Below, in pieces: positions 39,001 through 48,092 of a DNA stretch of 64,000 nucleotides. The stretch comes from a virus. Taxonomy: Duplodnaviria; Caudoviricetes. The notes below the pieces were generated by a model. It saw nothing but the letters and a program-made list of their open reading frames with translations, was not told the origin of the DNA and did no database searches. How positions within the stretch are numbered: the first letter of the stretch is position 1; each line of letters starts with the position of its first letter. The position numbers and the translations under genes are program-made. The DNA lies in IMG/VR virus record IMGVR_UViG_3300037780_000034, positions 192,001 through 256,000 of that record, one strand, 5' to 3'.

Positions 39001-42000
39001 AGTTATCATTTTCTACAATAAAAGTCCACTCAATCAAAGTTATAGCATCACTTTTCCAACTTAAATTATTAAATCCGATAAAGTTATAATATGCTTCAAG
39101 TCCGATTATAAAATTATATAAATCTTGACGTTTTTTAAATTTAGTTCCATACGGAAGCTTTTCTATTCTGTTATGAAATTTTTGATATTGAACAATACTA
39201 TTAGACTGATTTATATCTACCACAACAGAAGTTCCGTTTGTATTAACAGGAATATAATTAAAATATCTATTGGTTTTATTATATCCTTCTACTTCATATA
39301 AACCGTCTATTGTTTTTCTTAATATAAGACCAGAATATCTTATTCTTCTGGTAGGAGGAGATTGTATTAGAGAAATGCTATAATCATCAGGAGGAATACG
39401 AACTTTTCCTTTGTTAAAGCTTCCGTCTAATTCAACTTTTGTTAATTCAGATTTAGTAAATCCTCCAATATGAACAATTGGTAAAGATATTGTTTGATTT
39501 AGTATATCTGGTATTTCATATGTTTTCTTATGTTGCTCAATTAGTAGTGAATTTATACCAAACACAATGTTACTTGGAATATTTTCTACTTTTGCAGTTA
39601 ATTCTGTGGTGTAAAATCCAGTTGCTGTTTGTATAATCAATTTAAAATCATTTTTATATCCAAATCCAGAATCAGTTATAACAATGTTTGTTATTTTTGT
39701 ATTAGTTATATCTGTTTCATATTCAAATTTTGCTTGACCATATAATTCATTAACAGGGGCGAATACATTAAGTATTTGCTCGTTATTTGATTGAGTCGTA
39801 GGAATAATTACATCATATACGTGTTTGAATTGATCTTGTGATAAATGTAAGTTATCTGAACGGCGAGTGGTTCTTGTTTTTGATGAATCATAATATTCGT
39901 AATACTTATTAGTATTTTCAACATTTTTTATATCATTTGCTATCCAAAATAAATTCCATAGTTTGTATGGCTTTAGTTTAAATAGTGTTTTAACTACTGA
40001 ATATGTATAACTACTTGTTTTTTGCCAATCTTCTTCAATTTTAAACATTTTATTTCCAAATGAAAATTGTTTAAATCTGGTTCCAATAGGAACATTACTT
40101 TCACTTATTATTTCAGCAGTAATTGGATCATTTAGTTCTGCACTTGTGGTGACTAATACTTTATTGTCCCAATCATAATGATAATATGCATATTTTGGAT
40201 CAACTGTTTCGGTCAATCCTATTTTTCCATTTTTCAATGATTCTATCAAACTGTCTCTTAATGGTCCAGCAGCCCAACTATATGTAGTTGCCCACCAACT
40301 TGGTTCTTCAACATATCCAAACATTTCCCAAGGATGTGTATGTGGACGATCTGTATTGAAAAGATACTTATATAATGATTTATAGCTTTGGTAATCCGTT
40401 GAATATGAACTATAATTAAATGTAAATTTGTCTACCGGATCAAAGTCGTCTATTAATTCTTCACTATATCCATTTGAAAATATTGATGCCCAATCATAGC
40501 ATTCTTCTTTCATTAATTCATTGAAAACAGAATAATTCATATATTCGTAATTATTAAATGTTGGCAACAATTCAAAAATATTTTTTTCATTTTGTTGTAA
40601 ATTATTATATATACGTGTCTCAAGATCATACACTGCAGAAGATACTACATCAAATGAACTAGAATTCATATCAAATATTTCAGAAGAAGAAAGAGTGTGA
40701 ATGCTGCCATCGTGACATACTATTTTTTCATTATCAACTGAAACTTTGTATTTTTTAGTAAATCCAATTTTTGAAGGGCTATATGGAATAAATGATTTAG
40801 CTTTATTGTTATAAAGTCTTATTTCAACAGTTGCTTGTGTTGCTGCACCAATATCTAAAATTTCTATGTTATTAAATGTAAAATTATAGTCAACACCTTC
40901 TTTAAGAGGAACCCAATTTCCATCATAATTTATCCATAATTGATATATAGTAAATATATCACCATACTTGTTTTTAGAAAAAGGAACAGTAATGTTCATA
41001 TTTGAATCAGTTATAGAATAAGTATAAGTGGTAAATTCAGAATAATATGCCATATTGCTATTTGCATATTTAAATGTATCATCTTTTCCGATATTTATTT
41101 GAGAAAGTGCATCATCTACTAAATCTCTTACAGTTGTATAAGACGTATTGTTCCATAGTTGTCTTACTTTATTTTTAAATACATTTTTAAATGATTCGTA
41201 ATCAACTTTTATGATGTCAATAGATTCTAATAAGTCAAATGTTTCTATAGAATTTAGTATACTAAGTGATGCAGGTGAATATATTTGTTGTCTAATATTT
41301 CCATCTGCTGTAGTTATTTTTACAGTTTTATGATAATCATTATCGCCAACAAAAACGTTTGTTGACAAATATGGATTTGCTATATTTTGTTTTACTATAT
41401 GATCTGTTATTTCGGTTAATGATAATTCAACGATTTTTTCATTAAGTGGATTATATTTAAAACTTGGTGATACTTCTCTTGGTTTAGAAGCATCTTCGGT
41501 ATAATATTTAAATTCTATAATATCACCAATCTTTAAATCAGTTGAAATTTTTATAAATCCGTCAGTATCAACAAAATCAACTGATTTTTGTAATTTTTCT
41601 CCATTTTTTGTTATAGTGTAAAAATCTTGTGCAGATTCAACAAATATATATCCTATGAAATTGTTTTCAATATCGTTATATAGCAAAGTATCATATTCAT
41701 AACTATCTGAGATATTAATAGTTATTTTGTTTGTGTTATCGTTTGACATAGAAACGCCGGTTGGAATATTTCCAAATGGATCAGTTATTTGAAATATATT
41801 TGTTTCATTTCCAATTATGTAATTTATATTATAATCAGTATTTGTATGTAATACTATATTTGGATTTTTTTCTCCATCACTATAAATGTGATCATTTCTT
41901 TTAGAAAACCAAATTATTCCAGAATTTGAAATTGTTACTATATATTCTGTTATATCGGATAATGGTTTAATATTGTTTGATATAACTTGATTGTCACTTT

Positions 42001-43720
42001 CAACAACCACTATTTCTGAAACTTGTGATCTTTGTATATTTTTAGAAGGACTCCATATTGAACGGAAATCTAAATATGGTTTTCCTATAGTTTTATAGAA
42101 GTAATCTCCTTCTATAGAAACAGTTATGTTATTAATAGAATTATAGTGGTATTTGTCTTTTTCTATAGACATTTCAAATAAGTAATATTCTGGTGAATTA
42201 CTGTCTGAAACTAATCGTAATCCAGACTCGTCATCTACTATAGTAGTATCACTTGTTTTATATGAAAATATTGAATTTCCTTTGAAATTGCTTTCGTCAA
42301 AGTTATCTAATCTGGTATTTGTGATATCATACAATACAAAAAGTGGTGAATCACTTCTAAATTGTTTTTGTGTTGCTTGTATAAAATTACCATTATTAAA
42401 ATAAAATTCATTAGCAACGTATTTTTGTATATTAGAATGTGATATAAAAAATTTATCTCCATCTTCAAACAAAAATGTATTTGTTTTTAAGGTAAGTGAA
42501 ATACTAGTTCCTACACCAGAAACTTCATATATGTTTATAGTATTATCTGTTTCAAAATCTGTTATTAACAAATAATCTCCATCTTCAAGATAGTATCCAT
42601 TGTTAAAATAAATTTCTTCACCTATTATTTGATCTGTTCCTATACCATCTATATGATGATCTATTATAACTTTTAACAATGTTCCATTGTTAAACAGTTC
42701 TATGTTTGGATTAAATTGTATTATAGGCCGTCTTGCAGATGTTTTTTCATTTATAATAGAACCAATAGCTACACCATTATAATCTGCTGTTTCTCGTATT
42801 GCATATATACTTGACCATTTGTTTATTCTTGCCCAAGGATTTTTGTCTATGCTGGTGCGATCAATAACAACATATTCTTTTAATATATTGACAAAGTTGC
42901 TGTCATCATACTCTATAGTATCAAAATCTTCTATATCCCAACCATCTGTGTATACGTTTGGAGTATATGGAACTGAACGAGGAAATACATTTTTTCCATT
43001 TTGATCAAATTGTTCAATAAGTTTTATAGCACCAGTTCCGACGCCCTCTACGATATACACAGAATCTGCATTGTAATTTCCAGATGAACTTGATACGTTT
43101 GAACCTATAAATTTAATTCTCATACCATTTACAAATGTAAGCGTTTTTCCATTTTCCAATATTGGAGTAGTATAAGAATTTAAATAAACTATATTATCAA
43201 TATCAATAGGATTTGAACTTGTTGGCTCAATTACACATAATGGAATTTCTCCAACTATCCAATGATAATTTAAATAATTTACAAACATATCGTGGTTAAT
43301 TGGTAAATCCAATATATAATCACGTTCTGCCAAAAGCTTATCCATATCATCTACACGGTATCCTAAACTTTCCAAGGATTTGATAGTGTTTATATATGAT
43401 GCATTCAAATCAAAATTGTCACCTTGACTTTTTAATCCTGGTGAAAATTGATAATTTTCTCTTAATGTAGTTGTTTCTTTGTTATAATTGTCTGAATTAT
43501 AATCAAATATTGATGGGGTTATCTTTCCCCAATATGCATCTACATTTTCTGTTGTTCCAGAACTAAAAAGATTTTCCAAAGTAGAACTTAAAAACTTTTT
43601 GTTTGTTGGTGTTTTAAATACGGTAGGCAAGAAATCAGTTACATTTCTTGATCCTTGTAATATGTTTGTTCCACCAGATTGTATGTTTTTTTCTACTTTT
43701 TTTGGATTTTCAGGTTTCAT
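33071..43720 (-). CDS. Giant (3549 aa) baseplate wedge-like structural protein
   Basis: Uninterrupted ORF directly downstream of the gp6-like gene, in the position of T4 gp7/gp8. Confidence 0.75.
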   Translation of the reverse strand: MKPENPKKVEKNIQSGGTNILQGSRNVTDFLPTVFKTPTNKKFLSSTLENLFSSGTTENVDAYWGKITPSIFDYNSDNYNKETTTLRENYQFSPGLKSQGDNFDLNASYINTIKSLESLGYRVDDMDKLLAERDYILDLPINHDMFVNYLNYHWIVGEIPLCVIEPTSSNPIDIDNIVYLNSYTTPILENGKTLTFVNGMRIKFIGSNVSSSSGNYNADSVYIVEGVGTGAIKLIEQFDQNGKNVFPRSVPYTPNVYTDGWDIEDFDTIEYDDSNFVNILKEYVVIDRTSIDKNPWARINKWSSIYAIRETADYNGVAIGSIINEKTSARRPIIQFNPNIELFNNGTLLKVIIDHHIDGIGTDQIIGEEIYFNNGYYLEDGDYLLITDFETDNTINIYEVSGVGTSISLTLKTNTFLFEDGDKFFISHSNIQKYVANEFYFNNGNFIQATQKQFRSDSPLFVLYDITNTRLDNFDESNFKGNSIFSYKTSDTTIVDDESGLRLVSDSNSPEYYLFEMSIEKDKYHYNSINNITVSIEGDYFYKTIGKPYLDFRSIWSPSKNIQRSQVSEIVVVESDNQVISNNIKPLSDITEYIVTISNSGIIWFSKRNDHIYSDGEKNPNIVLHTNTDYNINYIIGNETNIFQITDPFGNIPTGVSMSNDNTNKITINISDSYEYDTLLYNDIENNFIGYIFVESAQDFYTITKNGEKLQKSVDFVDTDGFIKISTDLKIGDIIEFKYYTEDASKPREVSPSFKYNPLNEKIVELSLTEITDHIVKQNIANPYLSTNVFVGDNDYHKTVKITTADGNIRQQIYSPASLSILNSIETFDLLESIDIIKVDYESFKNVFKNKVRQLWNNTSYTTVRDLVDDALSQINIGKDDTFKYANSNMAYYSEFTTYTYSITDSNMNITVPFSKNKYGDIFTIYQLWINYDGNWVPLKEGVDYNFTFNNIEILDIGAATQATVEIRLYNNKAKSFIPYSPSKIGFTKKYKVSVDNEKIVCHDGSIHTLSSSEIFDMNSSSFDVVSSAVYDLETRIYNNLQQNEKNIFELLPTFNNYEYMNYSVFNELMKEECYDWASIFSNGYSEELIDDFDPVDKFTFNYSSYSTDYQSYKSLYKYLFNTDRPHTHPWEMFGYVEEPSWWATTYSWAAGPLRDSLIESLKNGKIGLTETVDPKYAYYHYDWDNKVLVTTSAELNDPITAEIISESNVPIGTRFKQFSFGNKMFKIEEDWQKTSSYTYSVVKTLFKLKPYKLWNLFWIANDIKNVENTNKYYEYYDSSKTRTTRRSDNLHLSQDQFKHVYDVIIPTTQSNNEQILNVFAPVNELYGQAKFEYETDITNTKITNIVITDSGFGYKNDFKLIIQTATGFYTTELTAKVENIPSNIVFGINSLLIEQHKKTYEIPDILNQTISLPIVHIGGFTKSELTKVELDGSFNKGKVRIPPDDYSISLIQSPPTRRIRYSGLILRKTIDGLYEVEGYNKTNRYFNYIPVNTNGTSVVVDINQSNSIVQYQKFHNRIEKLPYGTKFKKRQDLYNFIIGLEAYYNFIGFNNLSWKSDAITLIEWTFIVENDNFTYVNGIKDNMLIYNNLTEGFVKEFTNYSNFSNPIINNRKQIINPSDLLIIRNGITTGIKPKNQSNAMFGITIDIVEYEHILNINPVTKFGDIVQKTSTGILNSRIKIKTERTKNWNGRLETSGFLVTDNAIINNFDSQVREVETDLLNTNNKSLNVLTRKTDKFTVGYQEKSYFANILNNEFSSYDFYRGVRKYKGTQTSIDALVRNKNIFSKNPNSISEEWMIYSKDYGDKSISDNIQIELPLSLVKTEPQIIRFNPESVKDNIYDTVIDISKGSSNYISGNFENPIPLLPAKPFTMQNIEDIQNFENFSKTAGIPFESEVEYVVNSVRDMLEVYDYSASYANILPWSSKVSYQKGDIVRRGPSVYQYLLDSTGFAQTAGQIFIRGTVTFPKVPSLTNFIIGIKQRGEDELTYNEINFAKTAEIAQYNPLEYIGSVANPTTDVGNTISINGTTITFSASTSTPVTPSNQTITATGTTNNFTVEGKFLDQIIIDDYRIRLSNLSTTLNPAISLLTTFNLTAIDLQSFGIPESVSTEMSNIPQKLKQFRDAFISANSLQEWYQFISGYYSGIYENYGFNINYLTQYYSTLSIFSPFFSEFEEFYQNEIDIYEKIFQISITKGVTQVSTANLNTMNQYLRNATYPTTIARYIKSGGPINGSDFVAVTGTFGQGSLNSSQIVSKINEFFTENNLSDTYTASIFENKLRIVKKYPLDATSGVMNIITDTGNFSLGFPNSINVYNTLDELIFSEFFVSLQNMVTTINSVGLNGVTAAIHTVGGSSYLKIINNNPQLVIAEGTANTDIGFEVGVYNSTFIDGTEFLDLDINDVIEQINAANIPNFVASNVNNSVVLSAVVSEIDIGNGTANPFLGFSDTDTIFVPDNIENDDIINNVFDSTEWQIIDDPIDFSVWVNDNLDPLIDNTNRQSGYNVYTAFDFELEIFEICPGILSNDDAMVKFLVPHNLQVNDYVILTATNSTPILDGIHRVTAIYSDTIIFVESYIRRNGSYGKCIPLRPVRFSTTQQLINSGTNPRYQLGVYGWKPGMYAYVDSYEGTNIPAVYRCIEVDVNNGAYFELVRKLEPVADNSKLVSAYVYNYKTKEINAELEVYDPVKGIIPGIADIELTIKSIYDNARYTDSTDQNEEIDPNNFWSDDHIGETWWDMSTAVYLEYEQGLLENRQQNWGKLYPTSSIDVYEWTKSPVPPDEYQQATRSNTIIDGIELTGTPYFTIGQFGDREYYWSEKTFFNRSRGISETYYYFWVKDKTTVPNNSRRYTTIDLENIIENPSSYGISWIAGISSNAVLASNLSNCLSCENAVLNILFKNSDDNYHREYMLLSEDNLESKIPIELHDTLRDSLAGYTGFSIKLDYSPWLSFKDYKKDDVVKYENRYYIAMQNNKNVVPVPQNTTVPVTYNTTWYELKFIDSVQNEDFWNIKKYGYVWDEDEWDTQDWSKPFPENNLDDVDGEIYIKPLYSIPDYDKHILRRLGINEPKQTWFNNITNARREFIVKLNSILKEINMLDIRYLWYDDFNSIFHPSNVEYDSYYTDYKLSDVYSFVDWKSSSFNVIVRPQYKINSIDDLAGLQANVGEYAIFIDTQTFDNISRQKIYKYDGESWNLVYHEKATIQFSEDLWNPALSDRNWSEDLWDIGSWDRDTGPYFYRLTDLLYNKVFDTQFKSLYNEIWFTMLKYVHSEQDFVKWAIKSSYFKFVLENDFSKNKLYKKDLIQDVLDYINDVKPFTSKLRDFVNKFESNDSMNIALSEQDERKIITLNYSDTSSDTDFNGDVVITNTFNTDQNIDIITSDMTTTTYDYIYDGNGMDYSNEQFSDELVPARIVDSAGIFITRNVTGNTETIDTKRYVIYSDYRNKLKYSISTNDDISTLTANVLPTDTEIQVADGSIFEFNSETSISQDKGVIWINGERIEYANVLGNTLLNCVRGISPRSHSIGDTVLYTNGENTDYPPIELSTIQYNAINYNL

Positions 43721-43725
43721 TTATA

Positions 43726-46700
43726 TTAAGTCCTTCTAAGTCGTAAATTTGATTCTGTAAAGCTATCAACTATGTCAATATAATCTATAGATATGTCTGG
43801 TATAAACAATTCATCTGTGTCGGGTGTAAGTTGAAATAAATTTCCAAATACTCCGTTTTCTTGAACTGGAACTATAACAACACTGCTTATTATTCCACTC
43901 AATCTGTTATGAATAAATGCAGACAGTTCTGTAAAATAAAATGTTTCTCCAAAGTCCCAATTATTTATATTAAAAAATTCTTGTATCGTCAAGACTATTC
44001 TACTTTTTATTTCACCATCATTAAGATCAGTTGATGGCGATTTTACTACTCTAAATCTTGCTTGATGCTCTAAATCAGCTAATTCTCCAAACAATATTTT
44101 ATATTTTCCGCTTCTGTAAATTACACTATCGCTAATACTTTTTTTACGATTAATATTTGCAAATTGTAAAGCCAGTGTATCAGATGTAGGGGGAATTGGC
44201 ATATATCTTTTATCACGATTAGATGAAAGCCAACTTCTAAATGAGCGATCATAACCAGAAGTAATAATAAAAGTATCAATAACGTTGCTTATAGATGGGT
44301 CGATTCTTTTTTCAGTATCTGCAATTCTTGTCCATTTGAATGCGATATTAGCTCTTCCAACTTTACTTGGAGTTCCAGTTTCACTATATACAAAATATTC
44401 ATTTATACCATCAGTTTTACTAACGATAGGTATCGTGTTATTTCCTATAAAATCATTTATTATTACTGGATTATCAGGATATCCATCATTGTTTACGTCA
44501 GCAAGAGTCATTATTATTTTATGATCATCTTCCTGTCCATCTGTTTCAGTATAATATCTATGTGAGTATAAATCAATTGATTTTTCAATTGGAGTAAATG
44601 TGTTTGAAAATGTATTATATGGTAATATTTTTACTCTATCTTTTTCAGATTTTTGTGTTAATCTGTTTATTTTATAATTTCCTTTTATATTATAAAATCT
44701 TACTGTTTTATCACTACCAAAAACAATTCTGTAATCACGAGTTAATACGGTCCATTTTGAACCAGAATATGCAAATCTTATTAACCAACTATTATCTAAA
44801 TTATTATTAGTTATATTGCCTGCATTGTCTAAGCTAAACTCATCTTGCATCATTGGTGTATAAGGTGCCAAATCTTCTGGTTTAATAATTTTCCAAGTTG
44901 TTTCAATATTATCATAACGCAATCCAAAATCATTTTTAAATGACAAGTTTCTTAATATTTCTGTTCTTTCAGATTCTGTAAAATTTTTAGAATATGCTGG
45001 AAATACACGATTTATTTTATATCCATCAGGAATAGTTTTAGATAATAATATAGAACCATTTCCTTTGTTTGTCAAACCAGTTGGATTTCCTGTGCTATCT
45101 TCAATCCCTAATCCATCTTCGTAAACACTTATTACTCTTGCCCATATAGGATCATTATCACCTAAAACAAATTCGATAATAGAATTTGGTCTTACCGCTC
45201 TTAAAATAGTGTTATCTGTAAATTGTCCAACACGTCTTATAACAGTTTCATCAACTTCTAAGCTGGTAATATAACCAGAACTTGTATTTGGCCCATATGT
45301 TACCTGTTGCCATTCAAAATCGTCAAATTGTGTTACTACAAGTGCATTATAATATTTGTAATAAAAATTTAACAATTCTGGGTCAGATGGTATATTTTTT
45401 AAATATAAATCAAATAATTGAGAATTACTTAAATTTAAAATTGATGGAATTGTAACTCTATTCAATATATTTTCTGTATACAAATAACCATCATCGCCAA
45501 ATATTTCAACATTTTGATATTGTGAAGTTGGATCATTAAAATCTATGAATACACTATGCCCGCTATGTGTTCTGTTTATGCTTTTTATTTTTACAACGTT
45601 TGCAGAAACAGATACAGGATAAACTGCATAATCTTCTGCTGTTATCATTCTGTCTTGAGTATTAAATATTCTACCAGCTTTTGACTTTATCGTTTCTAAT
45701 GTTTCACGAGAAGAAGCATTTGTAACTGGTTCCTGTAGTTCAAGAGTAAAAATAGCAGTATACTGATTATTGTCAGATGCAATATATGGTATTGAAAGAT
45801 TTATATTGCCAACATCATCTGGATTTAAACTGTATGATTGATTTAAGCTTAATCTATACCATACTCGTATAATACCTCTTGGAATATCAGAAAATTCGCC
45901 ATCACCGAAGTTTATAGATATTCCATCATTTTCTATTGTTTTAACAGAAAATAATTTTCTATCTTGCGGATTTGTTGTATTAAATAACTGAGAAAAACCA
46001 TTTACAGAATCTACTTTTTCCCAATTTTCAAGAACGATTCCATCTTCCGATATAGATTGAACCCATACATCAGTATCATTTATTCCAATTGTAGGAATAT
46101 CTATCTTTAAATTAGAAACTGGACTATCAATCGTATAATCTGAAAATTGTAAAGTTCCTTGCTTAAATCCAAAAAAGAAACCAGTGTTTTTACTTCCTAT
46201 TCCTTTGTTGTCAGATTTATATAATACATTAAAACCATTTAAAGAATTGGGCGATGGTTCGGTTAAAGAATTGCTATCAATTGCTGAAGATAAGTTATGT
46301 ATCTCAAAAGGCTGTTTTACTCCACTAACGGATGCTTTAAAAGAATATACAACTTTATCACTTACTACTTTGTTTAGCACATATAGATCATTATTAATAC
46401 CATCTATTGATACACGATCATAAGGATTTCCAAATCGGTTACTTGGAGATAAAACTTCATTCATAATCAACATAAAATTTTGAAATCCAGAGTCAGTTGA
46501 ATCAACAAAATCTACTTTTATATTTTTTAAAGTTTTTCCAGAAACATCATATACATTTTGATTTGTTTGTAAACTTTTTATTTTTAAAAATCCAGTTGCA
46601 GGGAAAGCTCTTGCAGGATTATAGCCAAGAAAATCCACAATCTTTAAAACACTTTCACGTCTTTCAGCAGTGCTTAAAAAGTTTTCTCTAACTGCTAAAT

Positions 46701-46938
46701 CATTACGGAATGCTAAGTTATGTCCCAAAAATGCCATTAATTCTATAAGTGAAGTAAACTCACTTGATCTTATCCAGTCATTAAAATTTTCTGGATAATT
46801 TCTTCTTATATATTCTACCATAGTAGACTTTATGGTTTCATAGTCGTATGATTTGAAATTACTTTGTCTAAATGTATCATATACTACTGTAAAATCTTCG
46901 GCAGCAAATAAATTTCTTTGTCTTGCACTTTGTGACAT
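43726..46938 (-). CDS. gp6: Baseplate wedge protein gp6-like
   Basis: DYETIKSTMVEYIR..YPENFND, LIELMAFLG, ENFLSTAERRESV, FGDG, QDRMITAEDY; downstream of gp25. Confidence 0.85.
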   Translation of the reverse strand: MSQSARQRNLFAAEDFTVVYDTFRQSNFKSYDYETIKSTMVEYIRRNYPENFNDWIRSSEFTSLIELMAFLGHNLAFRNDLAVRENFLSTAERRESVLKIVDFLGYNPARAFPATGFLKIKSLQTNQNVYDVSGKTLKNIKVDFVDSTDSGFQNFMLIMNEVLSPSNRFGNPYDRVSIDGINNDLYVLNKVVSDKVVYSFKASVSGVKQPFEIHNLSSAIDSNSLTEPSPNSLNGFNVLYKSDNKGIGSKNTGFFFGFKQGTLQFSDYTIDSPVSNLKIDIPTIGINDTDVWVQSISEDGIVLENWEKVDSVNGFSQLFNTTNPQDRKLFSVKTIENDGISINFGDGEFSDIPRGIIRVWYRLSLNQSYSLNPDDVGNINLSIPYIASDNNQYTAIFTLELQEPVTNASSRETLETIKSKAGRIFNTQDRMITAEDYAVYPVSVSANVVKIKSINRTHSGHSVFIDFNDPTSQYQNVEIFGDDGYLYTENILNRVTIPSILNLSNSQLFDLYLKNIPSDPELLNFYYKYYNALVVTQFDDFEWQQVTYGPNTSSGYITSLEVDETVIRRVGQFTDNTILRAVRPNSIIEFVLGDNDPIWARVISVYEDGLGIEDSTGNPTGLTNKGNGSILLSKTIPDGYKINRVFPAYSKNFTESERTEILRNLSFKNDFGLRYDNIETTWKIIKPEDLAPYTPMMQDEFSLDNAGNITNNNLDNSWLIRFAYSGSKWTVLTRDYRIVFGSDKTVRFYNIKGNYKINRLTQKSEKDRVKILPYNTFSNTFTPIEKSIDLYSHRYYTETDGQEDDHKIIMTLADVNNDGYPDNPVIINDFIGNNTIPIVSKTDGINEYFVYSETGTPSKVGRANIAFKWTRIADTEKRIDPSISNVIDTFIITSGYDRSFRSWLSSNRDKRYMPIPPTSDTLALQFANINRKKSISDSVIYRSGKYKILFGELADLEHQARFRVVKSPSTDLNDGEIKSRIVLTIQEFFNINNWDFGETFYFTELSAFIHNRLSGIISSVVIVPVQENGVFGNLFQLTPDTDELFIPDISIDYIDIVDSFTESNLRLRRT

Positions 46939-46944
46939 ATTATG

Positions 46945-47310
46945 TTAACTCTCTTCTGCTGTATAATTCAAGTATAAAGTTTCAACTTGTGTTGTTGGCA
47001 CATATCTTATTTCTACTATACAAGCCACACTATTTTGACCTATCTCTGTTTTTAAATTTATAAATTCCCATCTTGGATCAGAATTAATTATATTTCTAAC
47101 ATCTTGTTCTATTTCAAAAACAGATATTTCGTCTAACTGTTCAAATACCATAAGAGGTATTATGCTCCCAAAATCAGGTTCACCCAATCGTTCGCCACGT
47201 CTGGTGTAAAAATGATTGTATAAATCTCTGATAGCTAAATTAACATCTGTTAACGTAACACTACCAAACTCAATATCAACTGTAGAATAACCAATAAATT
47301 TATATGCCAT
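46945..47310 (-). CDS. gp25: Baseplate wedge protein gp25-like
   Basis: DLYNHFYTRRGERLGEPDFGSII...DPRW. Confidence 0.9.
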   Translation of the reverse strand: MAYKFIGYSTVDIEFGSVTLTDVNLAIRDLYNHFYTRRGERLGEPDFGSIIPLMVFEQLDEISVFEIEQDVRNIINSDPRWEFINLKTEIGQNSVACIVEIRYVPTTQVETLYLNYTAEES

Positions 47311-47315
47311 AATGT

Positions 47316-47323
47316 TATTTATT
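47316..47323 (-). promoter_or_regulatory. T4-type late promoter TATAAATA
   Basis: Exact consensus immediately upstream of gp25. Confidence 0.6.
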
Positions 47324-47347
47324 ATATTATAAACTGCATAGTTTTAT

Positions 47348-48076
47348 TTAAGTGGAAATATTTTTTTTTATTTGCATTTTTCTAAGCATAGGTGTATTAG
47401 GAAGATAACCACCATTTGTTTGACGATAATACGCAAACTCTGCTTGTTTTTTTGCAAATGGATCAGTTATTTGGTTTGCAATATATTGAGTTCTGGTAAA
47501 TTGTATACCTTCAAGTCTAAGCCATCTTCTATTTTTTGATATATTATAATCTCCGAGCATTAATACTCTTGCTTCAATCAACCTTTGCGGTCTATCAATT
47601 GAACCATCTGAAATCATATTTGCAACGGCTTCCCAATTTCCTAATTTAATTGCACCTAAAATATCATAAGTTCCAGTGACAGTATTGGAATCTACTGTTT
47701 TCCATTTTCCAGTAGTAAAATAAAGTGAAATTAACGCATCAAATTGTGATTGTGTCATAAAATTTATAGGCAATTGTCTTACAAAGTTTTTTTCAACTTT
47801 TTTAAATTCTCTTATCCATTCACTATATGCTTCATCTTCTGTCATACCATACGGCAAATCTGGATTTCCAAATCCATACCCAATTTTAAAAGAATTATTA
47901 TCTTCTGCACTATATCTATACATACGATATCTATAGTTTGCCAATATTATTTCTATCATTTCGTCACTGGTTTGCAATGCTCTAATACTAACATCCATAG
48001 TAGCACGAAATTCATCTACTATTTCAAATGTTTCCCATTGTGTTCTTGCTGATATAGGTGCATTTTTGTTTATCAT
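47348..48076 (-). CDS. Lysozyme-like protein (GH24-like)
   Basis: KIGYGFG, MTQSQFDALISLYFTTG, RRxE-like QRLIEARV. Confidence 0.65.
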   Translation of the reverse strand: MINKNAPISARTQWETFEIVDEFRATMDVSIRALQTSDEMIEIILANYRYRMYRYSAEDNNSFKIGYGFGNPDLPYGMTEDEAYSEWIREFKKVEKNFVRQLPINFMTQSQFDALISLYFTTGKWKTVDSNTVTGTYDILGAIKLGNWEAVANMISDGSIDRPQRLIEARVLMLGDYNISKNRRWLRLEGIQFTRTQYIANQITDPFAKKQAEFAYYRQTNGGYLPNTPMLRKMQIKKNIST

Positions 48077-48092
48077 TTAAATTCCTTTTTGA

